A stretch of 64,000 nucleotides of DNA from positions 1 through 64,000 of the IMG/VR virus record IMGVR_UViG_2837218921_000006, one strand, 5' to 3'. Positions 21,390 through 30,754 of this stretch are shown here, one piece after another (positions within the stretch are counted from its first letter, which is position 1; each line of letters starts with the position of its first letter). The translations under genes were made by a program, and so were the position numbers. Below the pieces are notes generated by a model that ran no database searches, was not told the DNA's origin, and saw only the letters and a list, made by a program, of their open reading frames with translations. Source of the stretch: a virus. Taxonomy: Duplodnaviria; Caudoviricetes.

Positions 21390-21432
21390 ATGCCACCGGC
21401 TGCTACATGAGCTTTCGGTGGCATTTCTCTTT
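21390..21432 (+). terminator. Intrinsic terminator closing the mob operon
   Basis: ATGCCACCG...CGGTGGCAT followed by T-rich tail. Confidence 0.65.
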
Positions 21433-21536
21433 TAATCGGAGTAATACTGATATGTTTTTCAGCATATCGCATTGTTGGTTTAAATATTATCCGTAATTTT
21501 GTTAATTAAGATGGAATAGCAATCTCAACTCCTGTA

Positions 21537-23948
21537 ATGATTCTGACGCGATGTATAAGCATATCTATTGATAATGGTGTGACCTTAAATCAGACCAAGA
21601 CACGCCGCACTCTCATCGTGCCAAATCAGGCGATTGCAACCTACGTCACCCAGTGGACTTACGACAGCCACAACCGACTCATCGAGATGATCTATCCCGA
21701 CGAGGAGAAGGTTACTTATTCCTACAACCTCGGAGGTCTCCTTGAAAAGGTTCGCGGCGAGAAGTCATACGGCTATGACTACATCACCAAGTTAGGCTAC
21801 GACAAGTTCGAGCAGCGCAGCTACCTGAAGTACTGCAACGGCGCGGAGACATTCTACACCTACGACAACCGTCGCCGCCTGAGCAATCTCGCTGTCAACA
21901 GCGGAGGCACATCCATTATGGACAACGCCTATACGTTTGATGCGGTCAGCAATGTACTTTCGGTGGCAAATAATGCTTCTCTCCCTGCCAACGGCAATGC
22001 CGGCGGCCAGATGTCGCACACCTATACTTATGACGGTCTCTATCGTCTCGCCACCGCCAAAGGTACATACACCGGAGCAGACAACAAGTCCGCATCCTAT
22101 ACCCTCGCTATGGGCTATGACAATATGCACCGCATCAAGTCGAAGAGCCAGCATCTCACTCAGGACAACGTTCAGTTCAACGGCACCCTCAATGTCGGTT
22201 ACGACCTCACTTACGCCTACAGTTCGGAAGAAGGAAAGAAATTCCAACTCGAAAGTGTAAAGGATGTTAATTACCGCACTGAGGAGACTCCCGAAGGTCA
22301 ACAAGTGGAGAACGGTCACATCTACCAGTACGACAAAAACGGCAACCTTATTTACGTCAACACCAATCGCGTAATGACGGATGGCCATAGAGATAACAGT
22401 GTCGGAGAGCGCAAGCTTATCTGGGATGAGGAGAATCGTCTGCTTGCTGTTGACGACAACGGCTTCGTGTCCAACTACTGGTACGACGCCGACGGAGAGC
22501 GCACTGTCAAGACATCCGGAGAAAGCGATCAGGTCTATGTCAACGGAGTCTTCTCCGGTGGCTCGACCAACACCGCGAAATTCTCCCTCTATGTCAGCCC
22601 GTACCTCGTGGCTAATCAGGGAGGTCGTTACACCAAACATATCTACGCTGGTTCGCAGAGAATTGTGTCCAAGGTCGGCGATTTCGCCTCCTACGGCTCA
22701 GACCCGCGCCGCATAGAATATGCCGGTGCCAACACCGACGGCCTTTCGGTTGACTACAAGTCAAAGTATGCAGCGCAGCAGCAGGTTATCAAGGACAACT
22801 ACAAGTTCTTCGATGTACCGTACAACGGCACTGACAACGACAACTATGCTGACGGCGAAGGATTCTGCTGCAATGACGGTTCAATGGAGGCGGCTGTTGC
22901 GCAGGCTCGGAAGGCTCAGACCCGCGCGGTTTCGCGGTCTTTCAAAGATCCCGACAACTACGAGAACTTGCAGTTCTTCTATCACCCCGACCACCTCGGA
23001 AGTTCCAGCTTCATTACCAACCTTGACGGTGAAGTAGTTCAGCACATCGAGTATGTCCCCTTCGGCGAAGTCTTCATCGAGGAGCGCAACAACGTGTGGA
23101 ACACTCCTTATCTCTTCAACGCTAAAGAGTTCGATGAGGAGACAGGTATGTACTACTACGGTGCCCGCTACTATGACCCACGTATCAGCCTGTGGATGTC
23201 AACTGACCCAGCACAAGAAGAATATTATAGCCATTCTTCCTACTGTTTCTCAGGCAATAATCCTATAATATACATAGATTACAATGGAAAAGAATGGACT
23301 GATTTAGATGGGCAGGTCATAACAGATACTAAGAATATCAAGAAATTCATATTTTATTCAAAAGATTTCAGCAAACAAGCAAAAGTGCAATATAATGACG
23401 GCATCAAAAAGTATGGAGCTGGAAGTGTAGCCATGAGTCAGACAAGTACTACTCAGGCTTTCTCAGAAGATTGGAAAAATATGAATGGAACTGAGATTTC
23501 TGAAGTATTAATTATGACGCACGGGAAGAATCAATCAATTCTTGTTGGTGAAGGTCAGCAGTTTACGGCAACAGGAGATGGGAAAACTAATATTTCAAGG
23601 TCTCCTGCTCCAAATATTCAAGATCTTCCTCAACCGACTGGCAATATTGAAAATGCGATGTTATATATGTATTCTTGCCATTCTGCAGACACAAATCCAC
23701 ATCCACACGGAGAAGGAGATCATCAACAAGGAGCTTTGCTTGGGTCACAACGACCAATAGCGTATGTATTTGCTCAATATTTCAAATTTTATGGAGTGCA
23801 AGGCACAAGTGAATCTGTAAATTACCATTACGGCTTAATGGATTTATTTTCGCCTTCATCAGATTATTTGCAACCATATCCAGCAAATGGAGGTAAATGG
23901 CGCATTTACTACAATTCCAATAACTCATTAAGAAAGCAGGGCAAATGA
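21537..23948 (+). CDS. N-terminally truncated Rhs/YD-repeat protein with C-terminal toxin domain 1 (putative His-Gly/Ser-Cys cysteine peptidase)
   Basis: YD repeats; HPDHLGS, YYYGARYYDP, NNPIIYIDYNG core; variable tip containing IMTHG and MYSCHS. Confidence 0.88.
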   Translation: MILTRCISISIDNGVTLNQTKTRRTLIVPNQAIATYVTQWTYDSHNRLIEMIYPDEEKVTYSYNLGGLLEKVRGEKSYGYDYITKLGYDKFEQRSYLKYCNGAETFYTYDNRRRLSNLAVNSGGTSIMDNAYTFDAVSNVLSVANNASLPANGNAGGQMSHTYTYDGLYRLATAKGTYTGADNKSASYTLAMGYDNMHRIKSKSQHLTQDNVQFNGTLNVGYDLTYAYSSEEGKKFQLESVKDVNYRTEETPEGQQVENGHIYQYDKNGNLIYVNTNRVMTDGHRDNSVGERKLIWDEENRLLAVDDNGFVSNYWYDADGERTVKTSGESDQVYVNGVFSGGSTNTAKFSLYVSPYLVANQGGRYTKHIYAGSQRIVSKVGDFASYGSDPRRIEYAGANTDGLSVDYKSKYAAQQQVIKDNYKFFDVPYNGTDNDNYADGEGFCCNDGSMEAAVAQARKAQTRAVSRSFKDPDNYENLQFFYHPDHLGSSSFITNLDGEVVQHIEYVPFGEVFIEERNNVWNTPYLFNAKEFDEETGMYYYGARYYDPRISLWMSTDPAQEEYYSHSSYCFSGNNPIIYIDYNGKEWTDLDGQVITDTKNIKKFIFYSKDFSKQAKVQYNDGIKKYGAGSVAMSQTSTTQAFSEDWKNMNGTEISEVLIMTHGKNQSILVGEGQQFTATGDGKTNISRSPAPNIQDLPQPTGNIENAMLYMYSCHSADTNPHPHGEGDHQQGALLGSQRPIAYVFAQYFKFYGVQGTSESVNYHYGLMDLFSPSSDYLQPYPANGGKWRIYYNSNNSLRKQGK

Positions 23949-25280
23949 CAAAAAAAAGACTTTTTCTCATTGTCGTATTTACTGCGACAATAGTCTTAAG
24001 TCTACTCTCTATCGCTTATAGCAAGCACTATATCAAATATAGTGCTTGCTATAAGCTCACTACACTTAAGACTCCGTACTATCCTGATGCCTATAGGTTT
24101 ATAAATACTAAAGAAGATCTTGAGGTTTGTATTGAATCGGTGAACGATACTGTTGATGTTAAGAATTTCATTGAGTCCAATAAAATAGACTTTAGAAGAT
24201 ATTCCTATGTGATGGTATTTGGTGCCCCTATTAAGGAGATGTATTATAGTTTAAAAACAACTATTTTTGACGATAAATCACCAAGTTATGCAAAAGCAAT
24301 AAAATACAATAAAAAATGTGTTTTTATAAAATATGCTCATCCAACCGGGTATATATATATATACCGAATAAAAAAGGACCTAAGCCTAACAGGTTTCAAT
24401 GGAATCTAATGGCATAGTCTATGTAAACACCAACCGGGTTATGACTGACGGACATAGGGACAACAGTGTCGGTGAGCGCAAGCTCATCTGGGATGAGGAG
24501 AATCGTCTGCTTGCTGTGGACGACAACGGTTTCGTGTCCAACTACTGGTACGATGCCGATGGTGAACGCACTGTCAAGACTTCGGGCGAAAGCGATCAGG
24601 TCTATGTCAACGGAGTTTTCTCCGGCGGCTCGACCAACACCGCTAAATTCTCCCTCTATGTAAGCCCGTATCTCGTGGCAAATCAGGGAGGTCGCTACAC
24701 CAAGCATATCTACGCCGGTAGCCAACGCATCGTGTCCAAGGTCGGCGATTTCGCCTCCTACGGCTCAGACCCGCGTCGCATCGAGTATGCCGGTGCGAAC
24801 ACCGACGGTCTTTCGGTTGACTACAAATCGAAGTATGCAGCCCAGCAACAGGTAATCAAGGACAACTACAAGTTCTTCGATGTTCCCTACAACGGTACTG
24901 ACAATGACAACTATGCCGATGGTGAAGGGTTCTGCTGCAACGACGGCTCTATGGAGGCGGCGGTGGCAGAGGCACGGAAGTCTCAGACCCGCGCGGTTTC
25001 GCGGTCGTTCAAAGACCCCGACAACTACGAGAACTTGCAGTTCTTCTATCATTCCGACCACCTCGGCAGCTCCAGCTTCATCACCAACCTTGACGGTGAA
25101 GTGGTTCAGCACATAGAGTATGTCCCCTTCGGAGAGGTCTTCATCGAGGAGCGAAACAACGTATGGAACACGCCTTATCTCTTCAACGCGAAGGAATTCG
25201 ATGAGGAAACAGGTATGTACTACTACGGTGCTCGTTACTATGATCCACGTCTCAGTCTGTGGATGTCAACGGATCCAATG
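22345..25280 (+). repeat. Diverged direct repeat of the Rhs core, ~22345-23210 vs ~24410-25278
   Basis: Proteins almost identical from YVNTNRVM to LWMSTDP while DNA shows many synonymous differences. Confidence 0.93.
23945..24409 (+). CDS. Putative immunity protein 1 (exported or membrane-anchored)
   Basis: ATGA overlap with toxin stop; N-terminal hydrophobic segment; AT-rich. Confidence 0.7.
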   Translation: MTKKRLFLIVVFTATIVLSLLSIAYSKHYIKYSACYKLTTLKTPYYPDAYRFINTKEDLEVCIESVNDTVDVKNFIESNKIDFRRYSYVMVFGAPIKEMYYSLKTTIFDDKSPSYAKAIKYNKKCVFIKYAHPTGYIYIYRIKKDLSLTGFNGI

Positions 25281-25994
25281 GAAGAAATTTCGCCCGATAT
25301 ATCCAGTTATACTTTTTGTCATAACAATCCGATAAATCGTGTTGACCCATTAGGATTAACTGACTATTTTAACGAAAATGGAGCATATATTCAAACCATA
25401 GATGATCAAAAAGATGTCAGGGTAATGGTTTTTATAACGAAGAAGGATAAGGATAAAGCTGCACTCGCAGTCAGCGAAGGCAAATGTATGGCTGTTCCAT
25501 CAAGAGAAGTTGTAAAGACCATGAAAGAAACATATGATCTAACCGAGAAAACCGGCAATGAACATGGTTTCCGGGTTGGAAAAAACGGCACGATTTCCCC
25601 AATTGTTGAGGGAGAGGGCGATGTTGTTAACGATGCTCACTGGAAAGATGCAATTGACGCTCTTGTCAACGTTGGAGACAGGGTTTCCTATGATGTGCAT
25701 TCTCACCCGCAGTTAATCTTCCATGAAGGTGATAGCAAGTTATTATACAATAATTTACCCTCTCAAACTGACATAGATAATACTGTTGGAGATAGTCCTA
25801 ATGTAGTATTAGGTTATAAGATGGTTCAGCTTCCTAATAATCATAATACAATTGGTGGTTCACCAAATGTAACCGTTGAAAAACGAATACGATTCTATAA
25901 CAGGACTGGGGCATTGAACTCTGACAATTACAAATTCTCATCATTTGAGAGAGCTGTAGATAAGATTCATAAATGGAAACCAAAGACAAAATAG
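24399..25994 (+). CDS. Orphan Rhs core + C-terminal toxin domain 2 (JAB/MPN-like)
   Basis: Near-identical core copy; NNPINRVDPLG; tip with NEHGF...VHSHP...PSQTD (E..HxH..S..D JAB signature). Confidence 0.88.
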   Translation: MESNGIVYVNTNRVMTDGHRDNSVGERKLIWDEENRLLAVDDNGFVSNYWYDADGERTVKTSGESDQVYVNGVFSGGSTNTAKFSLYVSPYLVANQGGRYTKHIYAGSQRIVSKVGDFASYGSDPRRIEYAGANTDGLSVDYKSKYAAQQQVIKDNYKFFDVPYNGTDNDNYADGEGFCCNDGSMEAAVAEARKSQTRAVSRSFKDPDNYENLQFFYHSDHLGSSSFITNLDGEVVQHIEYVPFGEVFIEERNNVWNTPYLFNAKEFDEETGMYYYGARYYDPRLSLWMSTDPMEEISPDISSYTFCHNNPINRVDPLGLTDYFNENGAYIQTIDDQKDVRVMVFITKKDKDKAALAVSEGKCMAVPSREVVKTMKETYDLTEKTGNEHGFRVGKNGTISPIVEGEGDVVNDAHWKDAIDALVNVGDRVSYDVHSHPQLIFHEGDSKLLYNNLPSQTDIDNTVGDSPNVVLGYKMVQLPNNHNTIGGSPNVTVEKRIRFYNRTGALNSDNYKFSSFERAVDKIHKWKPKTK

Positions 25995-26512
25995 CTATTA
26001 AATTAGCAATTATGTTAATTGGTGTATGCACCCTGATTTCTTGTAAAGCAATTATCTCCCCCAACACGAATGGGGGAGATGATTACTCTCTCATAAAAGT
26101 ATTAGGATATGCCTATGCCAATCCAAGTTCTGGTGATACAATTAATACCATACCATCATATTCTTTCAATTTGCCTAAAAAAATGGTAAAAAGGGTGGAT
26201 TATGATATGGGGATAACTGTTGTAGAACTCAAAGATTATCAGTACATTTATATCATATATGAACCAAATAAGTTTTCGGATTATAGTGAACTTATTAGTC
26301 ATCTTAAAGTTTATTTGGAAGAGTCGGACAATTCTCGATTAAATAAACTTAGCAATCACATTAATCTAAATAAAAACACTAAGCGTTTAAATCGTTTTTA
26401 CAGAAAAGATAATTTTGAAATTGGCATACTCAATGTCCTTCCTCAAAATTACGAGGACCTTTTTAGTGTGATTGAAAACTCGTTTAATGTACAGTATCGA
26501 AGCCATAATTAG
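25973..26512 (+). CDS. Putative immunity lipoprotein 2
   Basis: Overlaps toxin end; signal peptide with LISC lipobox. Confidence 0.72.
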   Translation: METKDKIAIKLAIMLIGVCTLISCKAIISPNTNGGDDYSLIKVLGYAYANPSSGDTINTIPSYSFNLPKKMVKRVDYDMGITVVELKDYQYIYIIYEPNKFSDYSELISHLKVYLEESDNSRLNKLSNHINLNKNTKRLNRFYRKDNFEIGILNVLPQNYEDLFSVIENSFNVQYRSHN

Positions 26513-26592
26513 GTCATCACGAAATTCTCATATGAGTGTTTGGTGAGATACGATTGATAGATAAACAGAGTTCAATAAAATTCTCTTAGAAT

Positions 26593-26635
26593 TGAGGCTG
26601 GAATCAGGTTTTTACTAAAACTGATTCCAGCCTCA
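26593..26635. terminator. Strong hairpin after Rhs cassettes
   Basis: TGAGGCTGGAATCAG...CTGATTCCAGCCTCA perfect 15-bp stem. Confidence 0.75.
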
Positions 26636-26819
26636 TAATATAAATGTTTGTCGTTAAGCGTGACGTTCAGAAAATTAAACTATGACAAAATCTTTTAGGT
26701 GAATTAAAATTGGAAAATCTATATGCGGGTAGAATTATAATTTTGTACATCAAAATTCGCCCCTTGAAATTAAATTCACAAAAATTATTCCTATGTTTTT
26801 AATATACCTTCGAAACATA

Positions 26820-27008
26820 TCTATTTGGTATAATTCACAACATCGGTTATTTTGCTCATAAAGTCAACCTCCTCAATCATCAGGTCGTTGATGCTCTTGG
26901 TGAAATTCTTATAATGCCGAGAGCCTTGTATGAAAAGATTGAAAATAGCTTGTGCCGCATTTATTATACCGTAATTGTCCCTTAAATCATCCCGGACACT
27001 CTCAATCA
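26820..27008 (-). pseudogene. Remnant of a TetR paralogue C-terminus
   Basis: Translates as ESVRDDLRDNYGIINAAQAIFNLFIQGSRHY.. vs ERVRDDLRDNYGVENPSQAIFNLFIQGSKHY in the adjacent gene; no start or HTH. Confidence 0.8.
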
Positions 27009-27056
27009 GCGTAAAAATAATAGCATATCAAATTTACTGAAATGAATGATATATTA

Positions 27057-27599
27057 TTAATTAGAATCAAAATTCATTGACTCGATAAAGATATTTCCGA
27101 TATTCTCGACATAGACGCGGTTTAGGTCGAGAATGTTGTTTACACGGCCTCCGACTATGCGGCTCATGAAGTCTTGCTCCAGCTGCATCAGTTCGCCGAC
27201 GTTTGATGTGAATTGGTCGTAGTGCTTGGAGCCTTGAATGAATAGATTGAAGATTGCCTGTGACGGATTTTCGACACCGTAGTTATCCCTTAAATCATCG
27301 CGGACTCGCTCAAACGGGGTCTTGTATCTGTTATAGAAGTCGGAGACAGTAGCCTTGGATAGTTTCTCGCGTTCGTCATCCGAGAGCGCGAACACCGGGA
27401 AGAACAGTTCGTCGAGGATATTGGCGAAAAGAGTCTTTTTATTCTTGAAATAGTATGCGATAGCACCCCTTGTCTGCTTGATTACCTTTTCAATATCGGA
27501 AATCGCGATAGCGTCCCAACTGCCGATAGCAACCAGCGGATAGCACTTTCTAAGTATATCCGACCTATTTCTTAACGATTGTTCCCGATGTTTCGACAT
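27057..27599 (-). CDS. TetR/AcrR family regulator
   Basis: N-terminal ISDIEKVIKQTRGAIAYYFKNKKTLF HTH. Confidence 0.82.
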   Translation of the reverse strand: MSKHREQSLRNRSDILRKCYPLVAIGSWDAIAISDIEKVIKQTRGAIAYYFKNKKTLFANILDELFFPVFALSDDEREKLSKATVSDFYNRYKTPFERVRDDLRDNYGVENPSQAIFNLFIQGSKHYDQFTSNVGELMQLEQDFMSRIVGGRVNNILDLNRVYVENIGNIFIESMNFDSN

Positions 27600-27780
27600 T
27601 ACGCAAAAAGGGTATGGAGAAGCGTCGTATCTAACACGAGGGTTGTTGTGGAAGACCTGTAAGAAAGATACGGCGCAACCCCATACCCGTATGACGTATG
27701 GACTCGCGTTTCATATCTATCCGTCTTCTTACTAAAATTTTCCACGCAAAATGCGGATAATGCAGAAAATGCAGAGGAAA

Positions 27781-28386
27781 TTATGCTGTTATCAATTTTA
27801 GGTCGAAGAAGAAAATCCGGCTTTTCAAATCCTCATCGGCAGATATGCCAAACGCATCTTTCTCTCCTTGCTCGGTCTTATATAGAGGCTTAAAGCCGTT
27901 TTTCAGGTAGTAATGCAGAGTGGATTCGGTATTGTAGGCATCAACGAGCATATAGCGGCAAGCCGCCTTATTATTCTCGTCCATAAACCAGTATTTGAGG
28001 ACATCCATGAGCTGAGTGCCTATATTCAATCCTTGACCTTGAAATGTCTTGTTCACACCGAGGCGACCAATCAACACCGCAGGATAGCTGCGGTGGCGCT
28101 TTTGCTGGGGTATCTTTCGTTGGAGAGCATTTCGTGACGGATTGTCGAGTGTATAGGTCTTAATGCCATCGTAGGAGAGAGTGGCAATCGCCACAATTTC
28201 ACGCTGATTCTCTCGGTTTATCCAACAATACGTTTTGCCAAGCAATTCATCCTCATAGAGAAAGACATCATGGCTGAAAAAATCGTCAAGGTCGTAATCT
28301 CCACAAGAAAAGGGGTCACAGTAATCTGCGACCTCCTTGGTATAAGGCACCATAAAGGTGTTTTCTACGAAAATAAATTCAGCCAT
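27781..28386 (-). CDS. GNAT acetyltransferase, AtaT/TacT-like toxin candidate
   Basis: FSCGDYDLDDFF, YPAVLIGRLGV, QGQGLNIG, LVDAYN, YYLKNGF. Confidence 0.85.
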   Translation of the reverse strand: MAEFIFVENTFMVPYTKEVADYCDPFSCGDYDLDDFFSHDVFLYEDELLGKTYCWINRENQREIVAIATLSYDGIKTYTLDNPSRNALQRKIPQQKRHRSYPAVLIGRLGVNKTFQGQGLNIGTQLMDVLKYWFMDENNKAACRYMLVDAYNTESTLHYYLKNGFKPLYKTEQGEKDAFGISADEDLKSRIFFFDLKLITA

Positions 28387-28388
28387 TG

Positions 28389-28568
28389 TCAATTTTTCCG
28401 TGGAGGAAATATGATGTTCTTGGCACTCTCCAACATTGTGGAAAGCACCTTACGCTGTGATTCCGAGAGTTTTGGCGTAGGCAATTTGCCATTGCGCTCC
28501 GCTTCCTCGGTGAAGATTCTTGCATCTTCGCCCCAAAGTTCGGGGGATGTTTTAATTGTCATTGCCAT
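28389..28568 (-). CDS. 59-aa putative antitoxin (not in ORF track)
   Basis: MAMTIKTSPELWGEDARIFTEEAERN...FPPRKN*; stop 2 nt before the GNAT ATG. Confidence 0.7.
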   Translation of the reverse strand: MAMTIKTSPELWGEDARIFTEEAERNGKLPTPKLSESQRKVLSTMLESAKNIIFPPRKN

Positions 28569-28651
28569 AGTTTTATCTCCTTTTACTAATTCAATTACAA
28601 AGGTACAACAAATTTCTCACATAATCAGCTTAATAGGCTGATAAAATAACA

Positions 28652-29998
28652 TCAGTCGAGCAAGCTGACAAGTTCTTTTTTCAGATCCTCGTCAATCTCC
28701 CTGTATCTGGCGAAAGCCTTGCTGCCCTCTTTATGCCCTGACAAAGCCCCAACAAGACTGGGATCCTTGACTTTCTTGTATAGATTGCCGATGAATGTAC
28801 GCCGTGCCATGTGGCTGCTTGCAATCTCATTTATCGGGCGTTTCTCCTCTTCCCCGGTCTTTGGATTGCGTACAGTCACCATTCGGGTTATCTCGCAGAG
28901 AGTGAATATCTTTTTTATTGCCTCGTTGTATTTCTGTGCGCTGATGAAAGGAAACAGTTTCTCAGCTCCTTTGGCAGAATATTTCTCCACCAATTGCCGT
29001 GCGCGTGTATTCAGTGGCACTCGTACAACCTCCGGGCGTTCATTCTTGGTCTTGTTGGGGATGTACTCGATTGCACCGTTTATGATGCTTCCCGACGTCA
29101 TTTCCAACAAGTCCGACACTCGGCAACCGATAAGGCACTGAAAAACAAATATGTCGCGTTGCACCTCCAAAGCCGGTTTATCCGACAGGTCGAAATCGGC
29201 TATCAAATCGCGCTCCTCTATTGTGATATAGTAAGGAGTGCCGTATTTCTCACTGCCTATACCTGTGAAAGTTGCGAACGGAGTGCGGTCGAGATAGCCA
29301 CGTCTCACACACCAGTTGAAGAAAGCCCGAAGCCTTTTTAGTATCCCTATGACAGAATTCTCGCCGCGTTTCTCCGGGCGACGGGGCTTACGTGCAGTCT
29401 CAACGACATCAGAGGCGGTCTTGTATATTGAGGGATATTTGTCATAAATTTTCGGCTCATTGACCACAAATTCCTTGAACCGCTCTATCTCAGCGGAATC
29501 AAAGTCGTTGAGAATAAGCGTGAACTTTGTCCGGGTCGTTTTCTGCCTGTACAGCTCAAAGCGACGCAACAGTCGGGCAAGCACCTTGTAGTGGCCTGAC
29601 AGTGGTGCGCCGTCAAGATGCTTGTCGAGAAATTCATTGAACACATCGAAAAACGACATCTTCTTCGGAGCGGCCTCAAACAGTTCCGGGTGGTGGTGAC
29701 GCAGAATAGCGTCCTCGAAAAATTCTTTGGAGAGAGACTTTTGTGGTGTGCTTACACAGAGCGAAATCAGTCGGCTCTCCAAAGATATCAGATTGTCATT
29801 TATTATTTGTAACTTTGCTAGTGTCTTTCGGTCTGCGCGTGGCATAATGATCTTACCGTCACGAAAACGGGTAGCCTCAACAAAGATGCCGCTTTTCAGG
29901 CGCAGACGCAGTTCGCGCGACACCGACAGTCGCAACATGATTTCAGCTTCGCCATTGGCGTTGACCTTAGAGGATAGAGAGCGTGTTATGGTTGCCAT
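28652..29998 (-). CDS. Tyrosine integrase of the tRNA-Lys IME
   Basis: LIGCRVSDL, SHMARRTF, LSGHKEGSKAFARY; adjacent to att. Confidence 0.93.
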   Translation of the reverse strand: MATITRSLSSKVNANGEAEIMLRLSVSRELRLRLKSGIFVEATRFRDGKIIMPRADRKTLAKLQIINDNLISLESRLISLCVSTPQKSLSKEFFEDAILRHHHPELFEAAPKKMSFFDVFNEFLDKHLDGAPLSGHYKVLARLLRRFELYRQKTTRTKFTLILNDFDSAEIERFKEFVVNEPKIYDKYPSIYKTASDVVETARKPRRPEKRGENSVIGILKRLRAFFNWCVRRGYLDRTPFATFTGIGSEKYGTPYYITIEERDLIADFDLSDKPALEVQRDIFVFQCLIGCRVSDLLEMTSGSIINGAIEYIPNKTKNERPEVVRVPLNTRARQLVEKYSAKGAEKLFPFISAQKYNEAIKKIFTLCEITRMVTVRNPKTGEEEKRPINEIASSHMARRTFIGNLYKKVKDPSLVGALSGHKEGSKAFARYREIDEDLKKELVSLLD

Positions 29999-30754
29999 AT
30001 TCAGAGAGATTATTTTGATGTGGTACAAAATTACGCAATTTTGTACCACATGGCAAAATTTCCGTCCACGCTTTGTCCACATCTTCTGCCTCTACTTGCG
30101 CCCTGATGATTTCCAAAGTTCAATGTCTCGAATGGCTTTGTTATGATAAGGCGCTGATAATCAATCAATACGTAATAATTAGCTTTGAATGCTAAAATTC
30201 ATTACGATTCAATACGATTCACAAATGTCACTCCCAGGCGGATCACGATAAGATTTATCAAATCGAAGAAAACCTCTGAAAATCAACGATTTTCGGAGGT
30301 TTTGCTTTTTGCCTCTTACCCCAAATCGGCGCAATATACGGCAATATCCGGTGTGCAAAAAGGGAGCAAAGAATTTTATACTGAAATTGCTCCCTTTTTA
30401 GGGGATATTGGGTTGCTTTTCAATATTTTGCGCCGATTGCGACTACTTTATACCTGCTTCCTGAGGGAGCTTCAGAGGGAACAGTATGCAGACAATACAG
30501 CACTTTTGTCAAAGTATGCCAAACTCTGAATCCGGCTTGTCAACCACCTGTCGGCACTTTCTTTTTTAAGAATATTCCATTTGAATAATTGTTAAAAAAG
30601 GGAGCAAATCGGGGAGCAAATCAGCGAAAACCATAGAAAATATGATTTTGCTCCCTCTTTACACCCCGTTTTTCTGATGTCTTCTGGTATTTACAGATTG
30701 TAAAACTGAAAAATTTTGCGTATCTTTAAGATACCATTAAAGCCACAAGACAAA

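Larger units (their letters stand above)
14219..30246. mobile_element. Integrative mobilizable element (NBU-like) inserted in the tRNA-Lys 3' end
   Basis: 14-bp direct repeat CCCAGGCGGATCAC at 14219-14232 and 30233-30246; integrase next to the distal copy; TTGTCCAC arm-type sites near both ends. Confidence 0.92.

Noticed and set aside
22345-25280. Assembly duplication or DGR TR/VR pair
   Set aside because: Differences are scattered synonymous changes of all base types, not identity and not adenine-specific
21537-26512. Complete T6SS or Tc toxin locus
   Set aside because: No VgrG, PAAR, Hcp or SpvB-type N-terminus; Rhs genes are fragments
1-30246. Self-transmissible conjugative transposon
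   Set aside because: No type IV secretion/tra genes or coupling protein in the window
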